Of a stretch of DNA of 64,000 nt, positions 29,426-38,732 are shown piece by piece (positions within the stretch are counted from its first letter, which is position 1; the number at the start of each line of letters is the position of its first letter). This stretch comes from Acholeplasmatales bacterium (GTDB taxonomy: Bacteria; Bacillota_I; Bacilli_A; Izemoplasmatales; Hujiaoplasmataceae). The position numbers and the translations under genes were made by a program. The stretch is taken from positions 19,160 to 83,159 of the forward strand of contig DMTN01000039.1 of NCBI GenBank assembly GCA_003477305.1. The letters are read 5' to 3'. The notes below the pieces were generated by a model. That model saw nothing but the letters and a program-made list of their open reading frames with translations. It did not search any database and was not told where the DNA came from.

Positions 29426-29944
29426 TTACAAAATCGGTCCGATGCGGGCGAGGATCGCGGTGATGATCCCTGCCTTCTCCGCCATATAGCCCTCGATGTC
29501 CTCGGGGTGGCGGAGAGCTGCGAGCCGCTTCACCGCGCCGTAGGCGTCGCGGTCGTCCGCATGGGTCCGAAGATGATCGCGGAAAGCGAGATGGCGTTTC
29601 CATTCCGCCGCATCCCTGGCGCAGACGTAAAGATGATGCTTCATCAGGTGCGTCTTGTCCTCATATTTGAAGACTTCCCGACCGGGGATTCCTTGGTCGC
29701 CCTCATGGCGATACCCGATCGCTTCGAGACGGGTGCGGACAACAGGAAAGTCCGCTAAGGAAGCGATCGCGACGTCGATGTCGATCACCGGTTTCGCGGC
29801 GAGGCCGACAACGGCGGTCGAGCCGACGTGTTCGATCGCAAGCGCCGCGTCGCCGAGGGCGTCCGCGAGTTCCGTCCGGATTTTCTGAAATGCCATCGGC
29901 CAACGGTCGTCATAGGGAACGACCACGACATGCTTCGTCACCAT
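29426..29944 (-). CDS. GrpB-family (nucleotidyltransferase-fold) protein
   Basis: Start set at the ATG at 29944 (MVTKHVVVVPYDDRWPMAFQ), which has RBS GAGGGAG. Also has the IEHVGSTAV motif typical of GrpB. Confidence 0.75.
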   Translation of the reverse strand: MVTKHVVVVPYDDRWPMAFQKIRTELADALGDAALAIEHVGSTAVVGLAAKPVIDIDVAIASLADFPVVRTRLEAIGYRHEGDQGIPGREVFKYEDKTHLMKHHLYVCARDAAEWKRHLAFRDHLRTHADDRDAYGAVKRLAALRHPEDIEGYMAEKAGIITAILARIGPIL

Positions 29945-29954
29945 AAACGCTCCC

Positions 29955-30680
29955 TCAGCCGAGAATCTGTTGTTGGAAGAACCGGAGCGCGACGTCATAT
30001 CCGCGGAAACGGGATGGTCCGCCGTCCATGAAACGGAAGGCCTGAACGGTCTCGTCATAGAGAATCGGAATGAGGGTGTCCATCGCGAACGGCATAAACG
30101 ATGCGAGGGTGCGTTGATTCACAGCCCACGCTTTCACCGTTTCGAAATCGTCTTGGGCGACGCGATTCATATAATAGATCGCGAAGAGAATCCGCTTCTT
30201 TCCGGTTTTTTTCCCGCCCGCATCGAGGAACTGCGTAAAGCGTTCGGAAAGGGCGTGGACCTCGTTGGTGAAATCGGCGGTCCGGCGGATCAACGCGGCG
30301 TAAACGCTCCGCCGGTTCGTGCGGATCAGCAGATCGCCGTCTTCGACGAATCCGACGACGCGAAATTGAGCGCGCATCGCTTCGGGGCTCGACGGTGCGG
30401 CGACCGAGGAAACCGGATTGGCGTTCAGCCGATCGTACCGCAGACCGATCAGATCGAGAAGCAGCGGTTTCAGGTAGACCGACACGACGCCGATGGCGCT
30501 GAAGACGGCGACGATCGCAACGATGCTCAGGGCGACGAAGACATCGCGCGAAACGGCGTTTCTTTCCAATACCGCGATGGTCACGAGACAGAGGACGCTC
30601 AGCAGGAACAACCCCCCGCCGAGATAGCGGATCATGTTGAGCGCGTGTTTCGATGAAGCTTCTTTCTTCATGGATTTCAC
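29955..30680 (-). CDS. hypothetical membrane protein (2 TM helices plus a cytoplasmic domain)
   Basis: 241 aa. Helices LGGGLFLLSVLCLVTIAVL and VFVALSIVAIVAVFSAIGVVSVYL. Tightly spaced between the helicase and GrpB genes. Confidence 0.55.
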   Translation of the reverse strand: MKSMKKEASSKHALNMIRYLGGGLFLLSVLCLVTIAVLERNAVSRDVFVALSIVAIVAVFSAIGVVSVYLKPLLLDLIGLRYDRLNANPVSSVAAPSSPEAMRAQFRVVGFVEDGDLLIRTNRRSVYAALIRRTADFTNEVHALSERFTQFLDAGGKKTGKKRILFAIYYMNRVAQDDFETVKAWAVNQRTLASFMPFAMDTLIPILYDETVQAFRFMDGGPSRFRGYDVALRFFQQQILG

Positions 30681-30707
30681 CTCTCTAAAGCCTCGGCGGG
30701 ACTTTCG

Positions 30708-33389
30708 TCAGCGCCGTTTTCCATTCATCTTCTTGCGCCGTTCGACGGCGGCTTGGTTTCCGTTGACGATTGCCCTTCTTCGGCACTTCAGAAGTTCCCG
30801 CCGGCCCGTCTCGGAGCGTGTGAAGACCACGTCGAACTTCCCCGTCGATGCCGCCAGATGACGGGCCAGGATCGCGACGTTCCCGCCGTTTGCGCCGATG
30901 ATGCCGGGAACCGCGAATGCGATGCGGTAATGATGCCGGCCGAAGACGTTCAGCCGGATCAGAAGATAGCGGGGACTGTCGATCGGGGAGAGGAGTTCGG
31001 CGATCGCCGCGGCGAAGCGATTCTTCTCATGCGCGGAGGCCCCCTTCAGCCCGCACTCGACGCGGATGCCGTACGGATCGGTGCGAACCTCGAGACGGGC
31101 GGATCGGCTTTCGATCACTCCCATATCGCGCATGGTACGGAGGACGGCTTGGGCCAAGGTGCGGATCGTTCGTTCCGGTGAGGCATGCTTCACGATCCGG
31201 AAAATCAAGAATCCCGATCCATATAGCATCGCGAGGGCGATTATGGCGAGCACGAGGACCGACAGGGCGTTGTCGCCCAGGCGGATCGCATCGGCGAAGG
31301 CGCGGATGACGATTTCTTCGAGGTAGGTCAAAGCGATCAAAAGAGTCGCGTTCAAATAGGTCGCGCTCATCGGGAAGACACGCTTCGGGACTTCGTCGAC
31401 CTCGAGGATCTCGCGTGTCGGCGATGCGGCGATGCCGGTCGTCCAGGCGTTTTTCATCGCTTCGCGGTCGGCCGCCTTCGCGAGCATCGCGCGGTTGATC
31501 GCATCGATGCCTTCCTTTGTATAGGGCGGCTTGATTAACGTGATCCGATCGATGCCGCTTTGGAGTCCGGAGCCGTCATAGGCGGGCCCGATGAAACTTT
31601 CAAAGCGGCGGGAAAGCGATTCGAAGTCAAAGGAACGCGGGCGTTGCACATCGCGCCCGTGACCATCGTAAAATTCCGGTTTGAGGGGGTGGTCGGGTTC
31701 GACGGTGGAAAGATGCCATACATTCGCGGTCTTACCGGGTTCGGCGGGATTCACGCGGATCGCCCGTCCCCGCATCTGGTTCGAAAGCATCGAGGTCCCG
31801 ACGAAACTCGCCAGAATGAGGGCGTTGATACCGGGGGAATCCCAGCCTTCGCCGAGGAGCGCCGCGGTCCCGATGAGGATCTTGATCATCCCACGCTCAA
31901 ACAGATTCGTCAGCACGGCGACTTTGATCCGGTTTCCACCGGAAAAGACGATTTCGCTTGATTTGCCGTCTGATAACGGGATCGCGGTGATTCTCCCGCC
32001 GGCGGCGGCGGTTTCGCGTTGGACGGCCGCGACGAGTTCGGTCGGAACGATCGTGAGCGAGCCGGATAGAACCGCAGTCGGCGCCGTGACGGTCCGCGTC
32101 ACGGCGGCGAAGACGGTCACCGTGTTGATCGAGGTGAGCGGTTCGTCGTTGCCGAGGATATGGGTCAGATCGCGTTTGATGAAATCCGTCAGGATCAGCA
32201 TCCGCAGCCCACTTCCGAGCGAAGCGCTTTCGGCGGCGGCGATCGCCCGGATGCCATCCAGTTTTCCGATCGATCCGACGATCGCCTTGCGGATCATCGC
32301 GTTGGAGACCAAGGCGATGCGACGCCGCTCGATCAGTCCATACGACTTCAGTTTGTGCTCGATCCAGTCGACGGCTTCCTTCCCGAATCGGTCCTCGCTT
32401 TCGAGGATGAATTGGAAGCCGCGTTCAATGGACAATAACGTCGCGCGCGGAACGCGCCCGTCGGGACTCAGGAGGCGGATCATCTTCTTGGGAACGGGAG
32501 TGATCGCCGTCGCTCGTTCCGCGACGGCGAGCAAGGCGAGATGGTCGTCCGCCGCTTCGAGCAGTTCGGTCTCGCGGTCGGGATAAAGTTCCACGATCTT
32601 TGCGATAATGCCGCGGAAGATGTCCGAATCCGCGATTTCGGCGACGGCTTCCTCGGTGCGGCGGCGATGATCGCGGATCAAGGCCGCTTCGGATTCACCC
32701 GGGCAACCAAAATAGACGTAGTCCTGATGCGGACATAACGTCTTTTGAAAAACGAGTTCGGGGACGAAAATCTCCGCATCGATTTCGCCGCAGGTCGAGA
32801 TATAACGGTTCCATTCGACCGGCGCGGCATCGTAGGGAGGCGTCGCGGTCAGCGCGATCACCTTCACGGTGTCCGCCAGTTCGGCAAGCACGCGTTCAAG
32901 TGTTTTCTGCCACTCGCTTCGAAGGTGATGCGCCTCGTCGAGGCAAACCGTCTTGATCCCCGCGTCGCGCATCGTCTGCAGCAGGTCAAGTTCCGCATAG
33001 TCGATCGTCTTTCCGACTTCGGCGTCTTCTTCCCGCTCTTCATCGATGAGACGATGGAAGGCGGCGTGAAGTCCCTGGTAGGTGACGGCCGTCAACAGTT
33101 TCGGATGGCGCAGATCGAATGAAACGTAATCCGCTTCGACCGCCCCGTCGGGCAGGAAGTGCCGCGCAAAGCGCGACCCCCACTGGTCGCGGATCGTGAT
33201 CGTCGGCGCGAGGATGATCGCCGGCGCGTCAAGACGCCGGATCAGCTCGAGTCCGAGGACGGTCTTGCCGCTGCCCGGCGAGGCGACGATATGGATCCGT
33301 CCGTCGTCGATGTAATGGTTTGATTCGCGGAGAACCGCATCCTGATAAGTCCGGAACGTTCCCTTGAAGTTGATTCCCTGAAATCCCAT
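30708..33389 (-). CDS. SF2 (DEAH / ResIII-type) helicase with a C-terminal membrane-spanning region
   Basis: Motif I VASPGSGKT, II CLDEAHHL, III LTATPP, then LGEGWDSP and VI QMRGRAIR. A hydrophobic pair lies near residue 700 (LNATLLIALTYL...LSVLVLAIIALAMLYGSGFLIF). The ATG at 33389 has GGAG 9 nt upstream; the ORF-track start at 33434 abuts a TATAAT. Confidence 0.8.
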   Translation of the reverse strand: MGFQGINFKGTFRTYQDAVLRESNHYIDDGRIHIVASPGSGKTVLGLELIRRLDAPAIILAPTITIRDQWGSRFARHFLPDGAVEADYVSFDLRHPKLLTAVTYQGLHAAFHRLIDEEREEDAEVGKTIDYAELDLLQTMRDAGIKTVCLDEAHHLRSEWQKTLERVLAELADTVKVIALTATPPYDAAPVEWNRYISTCGEIDAEIFVPELVFQKTLCPHQDYVYFGCPGESEAALIRDHRRRTEEAVAEIADSDIFRGIIAKIVELYPDRETELLEAADDHLALLAVAERATAITPVPKKMIRLLSPDGRVPRATLLSIERGFQFILESEDRFGKEAVDWIEHKLKSYGLIERRRIALVSNAMIRKAIVGSIGKLDGIRAIAAAESASLGSGLRMLILTDFIKRDLTHILGNDEPLTSINTVTVFAAVTRTVTAPTAVLSGSLTIVPTELVAAVQRETAAAGGRITAIPLSDGKSSEIVFSGGNRIKVAVLTNLFERGMIKILIGTAALLGEGWDSPGINALILASFVGTSMLSNQMRGRAIRVNPAEPGKTANVWHLSTVEPDHPLKPEFYDGHGRDVQRPRSFDFESLSRRFESFIGPAYDGSGLQSGIDRITLIKPPYTKEGIDAINRAMLAKAADREAMKNAWTTGIAASPTREILEVDEVPKRVFPMSATYLNATLLIALTYLEEIVIRAFADAIRLGDNALSVLVLAIIALAMLYGSGFLIFRIVKHASPERTIRTLAQAVLRTMRDMGVIESRSARLEVRTDPYGIRVECGLKGASAHEKNRFAAAIAELLSPIDSPRYLLIRLNVFGRHHYRIAFAVPGIIGANGGNVAILARHLAASTGKFDVVFTRSETGRRELLKCRRRAIVNGNQAAVERRKKMNGKRR

Positions 33390-33475
33390 CGTATTTGCTC
33401 CGAGTTTTCGTCTTTTCATCGACACTTCGTTCATTTTCCATTATACACCACCGACGGACGCGCGGTCATCCCCTG

Positions 33476-33506
33476 AAAAAATAAAAAACCGTCGCACGGA
33501 TGCGAC
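33476..33506 (-). terminator. rho-independent terminator after tRNA-Trp
   Basis: GTCGCA-cgga-TGCGAC, followed on the minus strand by GGTTTTTTATTTTTT. Confidence 0.65.
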
Positions 33507-33520
33507 AGTCATGTGGTTGG

Positions 33521-33595
33521 TGGCAGGGGCGACAGGATTTGAACCCGTTCAAACAGTTTTGGAGACTGCTGTGCTACCGTTGACACCACGCCCCT
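33521..33595 (-). tRNA. tRNA-Trp (anticodon CCA)
   Basis: Reverse complement AGGGGCG...GCAGT-CTCCAAA-ACTGT...GGTTCAAATCC...CGCCCCT-G-CCA. Confidence 0.9.
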
Positions 33596-33609
33596 AAAGG
33601 TCTATTAAC

Positions 33610-33638
33610 ATTATCCAACAACCGTCCGAAATAGTCAA
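33610..33638 (-). promoter_or_regulatory. promoter of tRNA-Trp
   Basis: Minus strand reads TTGACT (33638-33633), a 17-nt spacer, then GATAAT (33615-33610), about 15 nt upstream of the tRNA. Confidence 0.55.
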
Positions 33639-33646
33639 GGAATTTT

Positions 33647-33685
33647 CATGGGCGCGCCGGCGGAGAAACCGCATGCGCGCCCATG
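33647..33685 (-). terminator. GC-rich 11-bp hairpin downstream of the HMA gene (terminator or processing site; no clear U-run)
   Basis: CATGGGCGCGC (33647-33657) pairs perfectly with GCGCGCCCATG (33675-33685). Confidence 0.35.
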
Positions 33686-33690
33686 TCCAT

Positions 33691-33897
33691 TCATCCTTTT
33701 TCGATCGAGACGAGACGGTAGCCTTCGGCGGCGAGGGTCGCGGCGATGATGTCCTTGGAAACGAACCCTTCGTACGTGGCGTAGCCTCCGGAAAGCGAGA
33801 CGGTGACATCGGTGATGCCGTAGATGGCGCTGAGGACGGTTTTCACGTCGCGCGCACACCCTTCGCAGCACATGCCTTCGATGATTGCCCTTTTCAT
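33691..33897 (-). CDS. heavy-metal-associated (HMA) domain metallochaperone-like protein
   Basis: 68 aa. Metal-binding motif GMCCEGC and a ferredoxin-like length. RBS AAGGAGGGG upstream. Confidence 0.8.
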   Translation of the reverse strand: MKRAIIEGMCCEGCARDVKTVLSAIYGITDVTVSLSGGYATYEGFVSKDIIAATLAAEGYRLVSIEKG

Positions 33898-33918
33898 GCG
33901 AATCCCCTCCTTGTCTTC

Positions 33919-33947
33919 ATTATAACGGATACCGGTGTCGGTGTCAA
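33919..33947 (-). promoter_or_regulatory. consensus sigmaA promoter of the HMA gene
   Basis: Minus strand reads TTGACA (33947-33942), a 17-nt spacer, then TATAAT (33924-33919). The -35 overlaps the GH31 stop codon. Confidence 0.7.
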
Positions 33948-36322
33948 ATCACCTTTTTGAACGGGAAGAGCGCAAGGAAGTCCTCGAGCATCGCCTTGAT
34001 GTGCGGCGGGATGCGCTTGAATGCCTTGGCGATTGGGTCGGGTGACTTGCCGTCGGCGAAGGCGTTCCAGACGGACGCCTTGACGTCGGGGTTCAGGATC
34101 ACGTCGACGAGCATGCGGTCGAGATCGGCGAACGCCGCCGTGCGGCCGGCGTCGCGGATGACCTTGTCGACGACGATTTCGACGTTTTCGTATGCGGAAA
34201 CGGGACCCGTTTCCACGATCATTCGGGTTCCCTCCCGGCGGGTCGGGAATCCTTCGACCTCGCCCGTCATGTTCACGAACGCGACGCGATAACTGCGGCG
34301 GACGGGAATGTACCCTTTTGCCAACTTGTCGGGGAGAATCCGGAGAATCGTCTTCTTCCCGTCGCGGACGAGCGCAAAGCGGGTTTCGTGCCGGTCGCCG
34401 GAGAGGTATGCGGAAGAATCGCCGTCGTCTTCATAAAGGGTGTACAGACGGTCGGCGCCGGGATAGACGCGGACCTCGAGCGTATCCGGATTCCGATCGG
34501 CCGGAGTCAAGGGGTCGGCGGCGAGGACGACGATCCCGCCCTCCCTGACGAAGACGTTCTGATGATCGAGGGGACGATGGAGCCGAAGCACCTTTCCCCC
34601 CGGATAGACCTGGTCGGTGAAGAAGTCGGTCCAGACGCCTTTGGGCAGATAGAACTCGGTCGCCGCGCGTTTCGTCCGCGGATCGACGGGAGCGGTGACA
34701 GGGGCGACGACCAGTTCGGTGCCGAGCGTATAGACGCCTTCGGCCGCGTACGCCTTTTCCCGTTCGGGTTCGGTGTAATACAGCGGCAAAAGCATCGGCC
34801 GACCCTCCGCGGAATCGAGGTGGGCGGCGGTGTAGATGTATGGAACGAGCTGATGGCGGAGTCGGAGGAAGTCCTTGACGACGGCGCGGATGCCCGGCGC
34901 ATGGCGCCAGGGTTCGCGCACGGCGAAGCGGTTGGAGGTGGAGTGCATCCGCATGATCGGGCTGAACACGCCGAATTCGATCCAGCGGACATAGAGCTCG
35001 GGATCTTCTTTGCCGGCGCAGTGGCCGCCGATGTCGTGGCTCCAGAGACCGAAGCCGATGTTCGCCGCGGTCGCGGTGAAATGCGGCTGATACTTGAGGC
35101 TCTCCCAGGTGATGATCGCATCTCCCGAGAAGCCGATCGGATAGCGCTGGGCGCCATAACCGCACCAGCGCGAAAAGGTGAAGGGACGCTTTTTGGGATC
35201 GCGGGCGGAATCATAGTGATGCAGATGATTGAGCATCCAGAGCGGATCGAGCCCTTCGACCTTGGTGCGCGACCCCTGTTGCCAGTCGACCCACCAGAAA
35301 TCGACCCCCATGGCTTCGTACGGATGGAGGAGAATCTCGAAATATCCCTGCATCGCCTTGGGCGAAGCGGCGTCAAACGGCACGGCGACCTTCGTCGCCG
35401 GATCGACGCCCATCCATTCGGCCATCTGGCGATACTGGTCTTCATAGGACTTCACGCCGTTGGCGGGATGAAGATTCACCGAAGTGCGGACGCCGCGGGC
35501 ATGCAATTGCCGGATGAATCCGGGGAAGTCGGGGAAATAACGCTTGTTCACGGTGTAGCCGGTCCAGCCGCCCCAGTAGTCCTGGACGCCGTCGATCGCG
35601 GTGATGTGCCAGTCCATGTCGACGATGCAGACGGAGAGCGGAATGCCGTCCTTGGCGAAGCGGTCGACAACGTCGAGCAGTTCCTGATCGGTATAGGCCT
35701 GGTATTTGCTCCACCAGTTGCCGAGGATGTAGCGCGGGACGAGCGGCGCCTTGCCGGAGATGCCGACGTATGCCTGGACCGCGGCCGCATAATCGTGTCC
35801 ATAGCCGAAGAAATACAAATCGGGATTGTTTCCCTTGCGCGGTTTCGGCCATCCGTACGGATCGAGCAAGAGCGACTTCGAATCGTCGAGGATCGCAAAG
35901 CCGTTTTTGCCGCAGACGCCGTCGGACAGTTTCGTGCGTCCGTCGACGCCGTCGAGGGTGCGGGCGGTGCCGCCCAGGTTTTCCGTTTCGGTGCCGAACT
36001 GCCATGTCGTTTTCGTCGCTTTCACGGTGATCCGGAGGGCGTCGGCGGTCAACAGTTCGCCGTCGCTCAAAGACAGTTTGAGTTCGGCCGTCTCGATCGT
36101 AAGCGCGACGTTCGATGTTTTTTTCTCGAAGGCGACCGCCGGCGCGTCGCGGTGCCAGACGGCCTGGCTCGGTTCGTCCACAAAGTCGCCCGTCCGCGAA
36201 AACTCGATCCGGATGAGCCGATCGGCGAGGACGGTGAAACGATAGCGTTGGAAGCGGACGACGTTCGCCGGATCGGCGATGCCGCCCGTATCGAGTTTCA
36301 TCGGATAGGGATGTTCGTTCAT
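33944..36322 (-). CDS. glycoside hydrolase family 31 protein
   Basis: 792 aa. GH31-type catalytic region containing GVDFWWVDWQQG. Length and architecture are typical of alpha-glucosidase/xylosidase-like GH31 enzymes. Confidence 0.85.
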   Translation of the reverse strand: MNEHPYPMKLDTGGIADPANVVRFQRYRFTVLADRLIRIEFSRTGDFVDEPSQAVWHRDAPAVAFEKKTSNVALTIETAELKLSLSDGELLTADALRITVKATKTTWQFGTETENLGGTARTLDGVDGRTKLSDGVCGKNGFAILDDSKSLLLDPYGWPKPRKGNNPDLYFFGYGHDYAAAVQAYVGISGKAPLVPRYILGNWWSKYQAYTDQELLDVVDRFAKDGIPLSVCIVDMDWHITAIDGVQDYWGGWTGYTVNKRYFPDFPGFIRQLHARGVRTSVNLHPANGVKSYEDQYRQMAEWMGVDPATKVAVPFDAASPKAMQGYFEILLHPYEAMGVDFWWVDWQQGSRTKVEGLDPLWMLNHLHHYDSARDPKKRPFTFSRWCGYGAQRYPIGFSGDAIITWESLKYQPHFTATAANIGFGLWSHDIGGHCAGKEDPELYVRWIEFGVFSPIMRMHSTSNRFAVREPWRHAPGIRAVVKDFLRLRHQLVPYIYTAAHLDSAEGRPMLLPLYYTEPEREKAYAAEGVYTLGTELVVAPVTAPVDPRTKRAATEFYLPKGVWTDFFTDQVYPGGKVLRLHRPLDHQNVFVREGGIVVLAADPLTPADRNPDTLEVRVYPGADRLYTLYEDDGDSSAYLSGDRHETRFALVRDGKKTILRILPDKLAKGYIPVRRSYRVAFVNMTGEVEGFPTRREGTRMIVETGPVSAYENVEIVVDKVIRDAGRTAAFADLDRMLVDVILNPDVKASVWNAFADGKSPDPIAKAFKRIPPHIKAMLEDFLALFPFKKVI

Positions 36323-37173
36323 CGTTGACGCTTCCTTTCGGATTCCAGGTCGATCCTGGGCAAGAGATTCAGTTTGAAGCGTTCCGCGAAGGCGATCGTC
36401 GCGTCGATCACGGCGTCGCAGAGATTGGGCGGGTTGTGGGTGTCGCAGCCGATGACGGCCCGGGCGTCCGGATAGGATGCGACGACGCGCCAGAAGGCCG
36501 TGCGGGGATAGAGCCAGTCCATGCCGTCCTGCGACACATACCGACCGCGGCGGGGACCGCCGCCGTTCACTTCCAGGATGACGCCATACTTGACGGAGGC
36601 TTCGATGATGCGACGCGTCGCCGCTGCGGCGGCCTCGTCGAAGAGCAGGACGCCTTGTTCGTCCCGGTACGTCATGAGGAAAAGATCGGGGTGGGCGAGG
36701 ATCGTGAAGAATCCGGTCGACAACGCCTGTTCGGCGAGCGCGGCGTACTCCGCGATGCGGGGTGCGTCCATCCGGTCATAGGCGTTGTAGAGTCCGCCTT
36801 CGGAAGGAAAGTAATGGATCCCGAGGACGAGATACTCGACCTTCGTGAGCAACCATCGGTAGTAGTCGTCATGGCCGGGGAGATATTCGATTTCCAGACC
36901 GGTGCGGATCGAGATTTTGCTTCCGTATTTGCGGATGCTTTCGGCGAGGTCGGGGAGATAGACCGATTCGAAGATCCGTTCGTCCATCTGACGCTCCAGC
37001 CAGTTGTCGGCGTATTCGCGGGGAGTCATGAACGCCCGCGGGATCGGTCCGTGATCGGAAAAGCCGATTTCCTTGAGACCGTTTGCGATCGCTTCGCGGA
37101 TATAGTCTCCGCTCATCCCCGCGGCGTGTCCGCAGAGGGCGGTATGGGTGTGATAGTTGGCTTGTAGTTTCAT
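36319..37173 (-). CDS. PHP-domain phosphatase (HisJ / histidinol-phosphatase family)
   Basis: 284 aa. N-terminal NYHTHTALCGHA metal-binding motif. 4-nt overlap with the GH31 gene. Confidence 0.8.
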   Translation of the reverse strand: MKLQANYHTHTALCGHAAGMSGDYIREAIANGLKEIGFSDHGPIPRAFMTPREYADNWLERQMDERIFESVYLPDLAESIRKYGSKISIRTGLEIEYLPGHDDYYRWLLTKVEYLVLGIHYFPSEGGLYNAYDRMDAPRIAEYAALAEQALSTGFFTILAHPDLFLMTYRDEQGVLLFDEAAAAATRRIIEASVKYGVILEVNGGGPRRGRYVSQDGMDWLYPRTAFWRVVASYPDARAVIGCDTHNPPNLCDAVIDATIAFAERFKLNLLPRIDLESERKRQR

Positions 37174-37200
37174 GTCCGGTACCTCGTTTTCATACTTTCT

Positions 37201-37209
37201 ATTTTACCA
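37201..37209 (-). promoter_or_regulatory. extended -10 element before the PHP-GH31 genes
   Basis: Minus strand reads TGGTAAAAT. RBS GAGG lies 9 nt before the ATG at 37173. Confidence 0.4.
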
Positions 37210-37241
37210 TCATTCCGTCCTAACGTGCACGCGCAACTATG

Positions 37242-37279
37242 TAAAAACGAAACCGCGGTCCCATGTCGGGGACCGCGGT
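37242..37279 (-). terminator. rho-independent terminator closing the peptide/regulator cassette
   Basis: Perfect 11-bp stem ACCGCGGTCCC / GGGACCGCGGT, followed on the minus strand by TTTCGTTTTTA. Confidence 0.65.
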
Positions 37280-37345
37280 CGGATCAGGAGGTGATGCGAT
37301 GGTTCACGGGGCGGCGATGCCGCCCGTGTCAGGGGTGGCGATGAA

Positions 37346-38638
37346 TCAGATCATGACGGATTCGTCGGAGAGCATCCGCGACGGTTTCGGCGCCTTCTTG
37401 TTGGCGAGTTCGTCCATCAGGTCGCGGGCGACATCGAGGATGTACTGGGCGCGGAACTTGTAGACTTCCATCTGGGTCTCGGCGAGTTTGAACGCGGCTT
37501 CGATTTCCTTGTACGACAGGCGGTTGAAATACGCCTTGAAGAAATGGATGAGCGAGAGGTATTCCGAGGCATATTGGTTCGCGGCGTTCAGGCGGTCGAG
37601 AATCTCGATGTAGGCGTTGGCGTTGTCGGCCTGCTTCAGGGAGTACATGCAGTAGGCGATCATGATCGCCTCGTAGTCCGGCTTCTTCGTCTGTTCCTTC
37701 TCGATCATATTGTAGTATTTGAGCGCTTCTTCGTATTTTTTCTCCATGAGGAGGCAGTCGGCATAGTTCAGATACGTGACGCGGGTGTTGCGCTGGACGT
37801 CGGTGAAGGTCATGTAGACGAGGTTCTTGCGCAGCAGTTTCTTCGCTTCGTCGATGTTCCCGAGTTTCTTGTAGAACGTCGCGATGTTGATGCGGCAGTA
37901 GACGGCCTTGTTATAGTTGAGCTGCTCTTCGAGCCGGGGCAGGGCCTTGTTCGCATAGATGAGGGCGTTGATGTAGTCGCCGATCATCGAGTAGGCGAAG
38001 GAGACGTGATAGTTGGCGGTCGGTTCGAAATCGATGAAGTTGGCGCCCATGTAGATCGTCAGGCGGGCGTAATGGACGACCTTCTCGCGATCCTTCTTGA
38101 ACCCGTAGTAGCAGGTCATGTATTCGTAATAGAGGAACCGGTGTTCATTGGACATCTTGTCCACGAAGTTCTTGAGGAACTCGATCGACTCGTCGAGTTT
38201 TTCCCAGGCGATCACGTTGGTATAGTTGACTTCGGAGATGTAGTAGATCAGTTGTTCGAGATAATATTGGATCATCAGGATCGAGTTCTGATAGAGCGGC
38301 AGGTTCGCCGTCGAGGCATCATAGTACTTCTTGAAGTCGTTGACCTTCGAAAAACAGACAGACGTATAAAAACGACTAAAATTCTCATCGAAGGACACAA
38401 TCGTCGACGGGTCGATTTTAGTCTGGATGTTGAGTACTTCGGCCATGCGCTCGAGCATGTCGCCGGATCCGCTGAATCCTTTCAGCTGGGCACGCCGAAA
38501 ATTGGACTTTGGAATATCCGCGCTTTCGTTGATGTCCTTCTGCGTGAGTCCCCGAAGTTTCTTCAGGTACTCGACCATCACGATGATGTCGTAGTGGTCC
38601 TTGAAATAATAACCGCACGAAAAATCATAGATCGTCAT
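37346..38638 (-). CDS. HTH (XRE-type) + TPR-like repeat transcriptional regulator, RNPP-like
   Basis: 430 aa. N-terminal helix-turn-helix LKKLRGLTQKDINESADIPKSNFRRAQ. The remaining ~350 aa is all-helical and Y/L/A/N/K-rich, TPR-like (e.g. AVYCRINIATFYKKLGNIDEAKKLL, YEEALKYYNMI). RBS AAAAGGATGA upstream. Confidence 0.75.
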   Translation of the reverse strand: MTIYDFSCGYYFKDHYDIIVMVEYLKKLRGLTQKDINESADIPKSNFRRAQLKGFSGSGDMLERMAEVLNIQTKIDPSTIVSFDENFSRFYTSVCFSKVNDFKKYYDASTANLPLYQNSILMIQYYLEQLIYYISEVNYTNVIAWEKLDESIEFLKNFVDKMSNEHRFLYYEYMTCYYGFKKDREKVVHYARLTIYMGANFIDFEPTANYHVSFAYSMIGDYINALIYANKALPRLEEQLNYNKAVYCRINIATFYKKLGNIDEAKKLLRKNLVYMTFTDVQRNTRVTYLNYADCLLMEKKYEEALKYYNMIEKEQTKKPDYEAIMIAYCMYSLKQADNANAYIEILDRLNAANQYASEYLSLIHFFKAYFNRLSYKEIEAAFKLAETQMEVYKFRAQYILDVARDLMDELANKKAPKPSRMLSDESVMI

Positions 38639-38732
38639 GTTGAATCATCCTTTTCACGAAGCTGTTTTTGGGGCATATCTATCGAACACCCGAAACCGCT
38701 TCGTTCCAAGGCAAAACGATGAGGCGTTTGCT

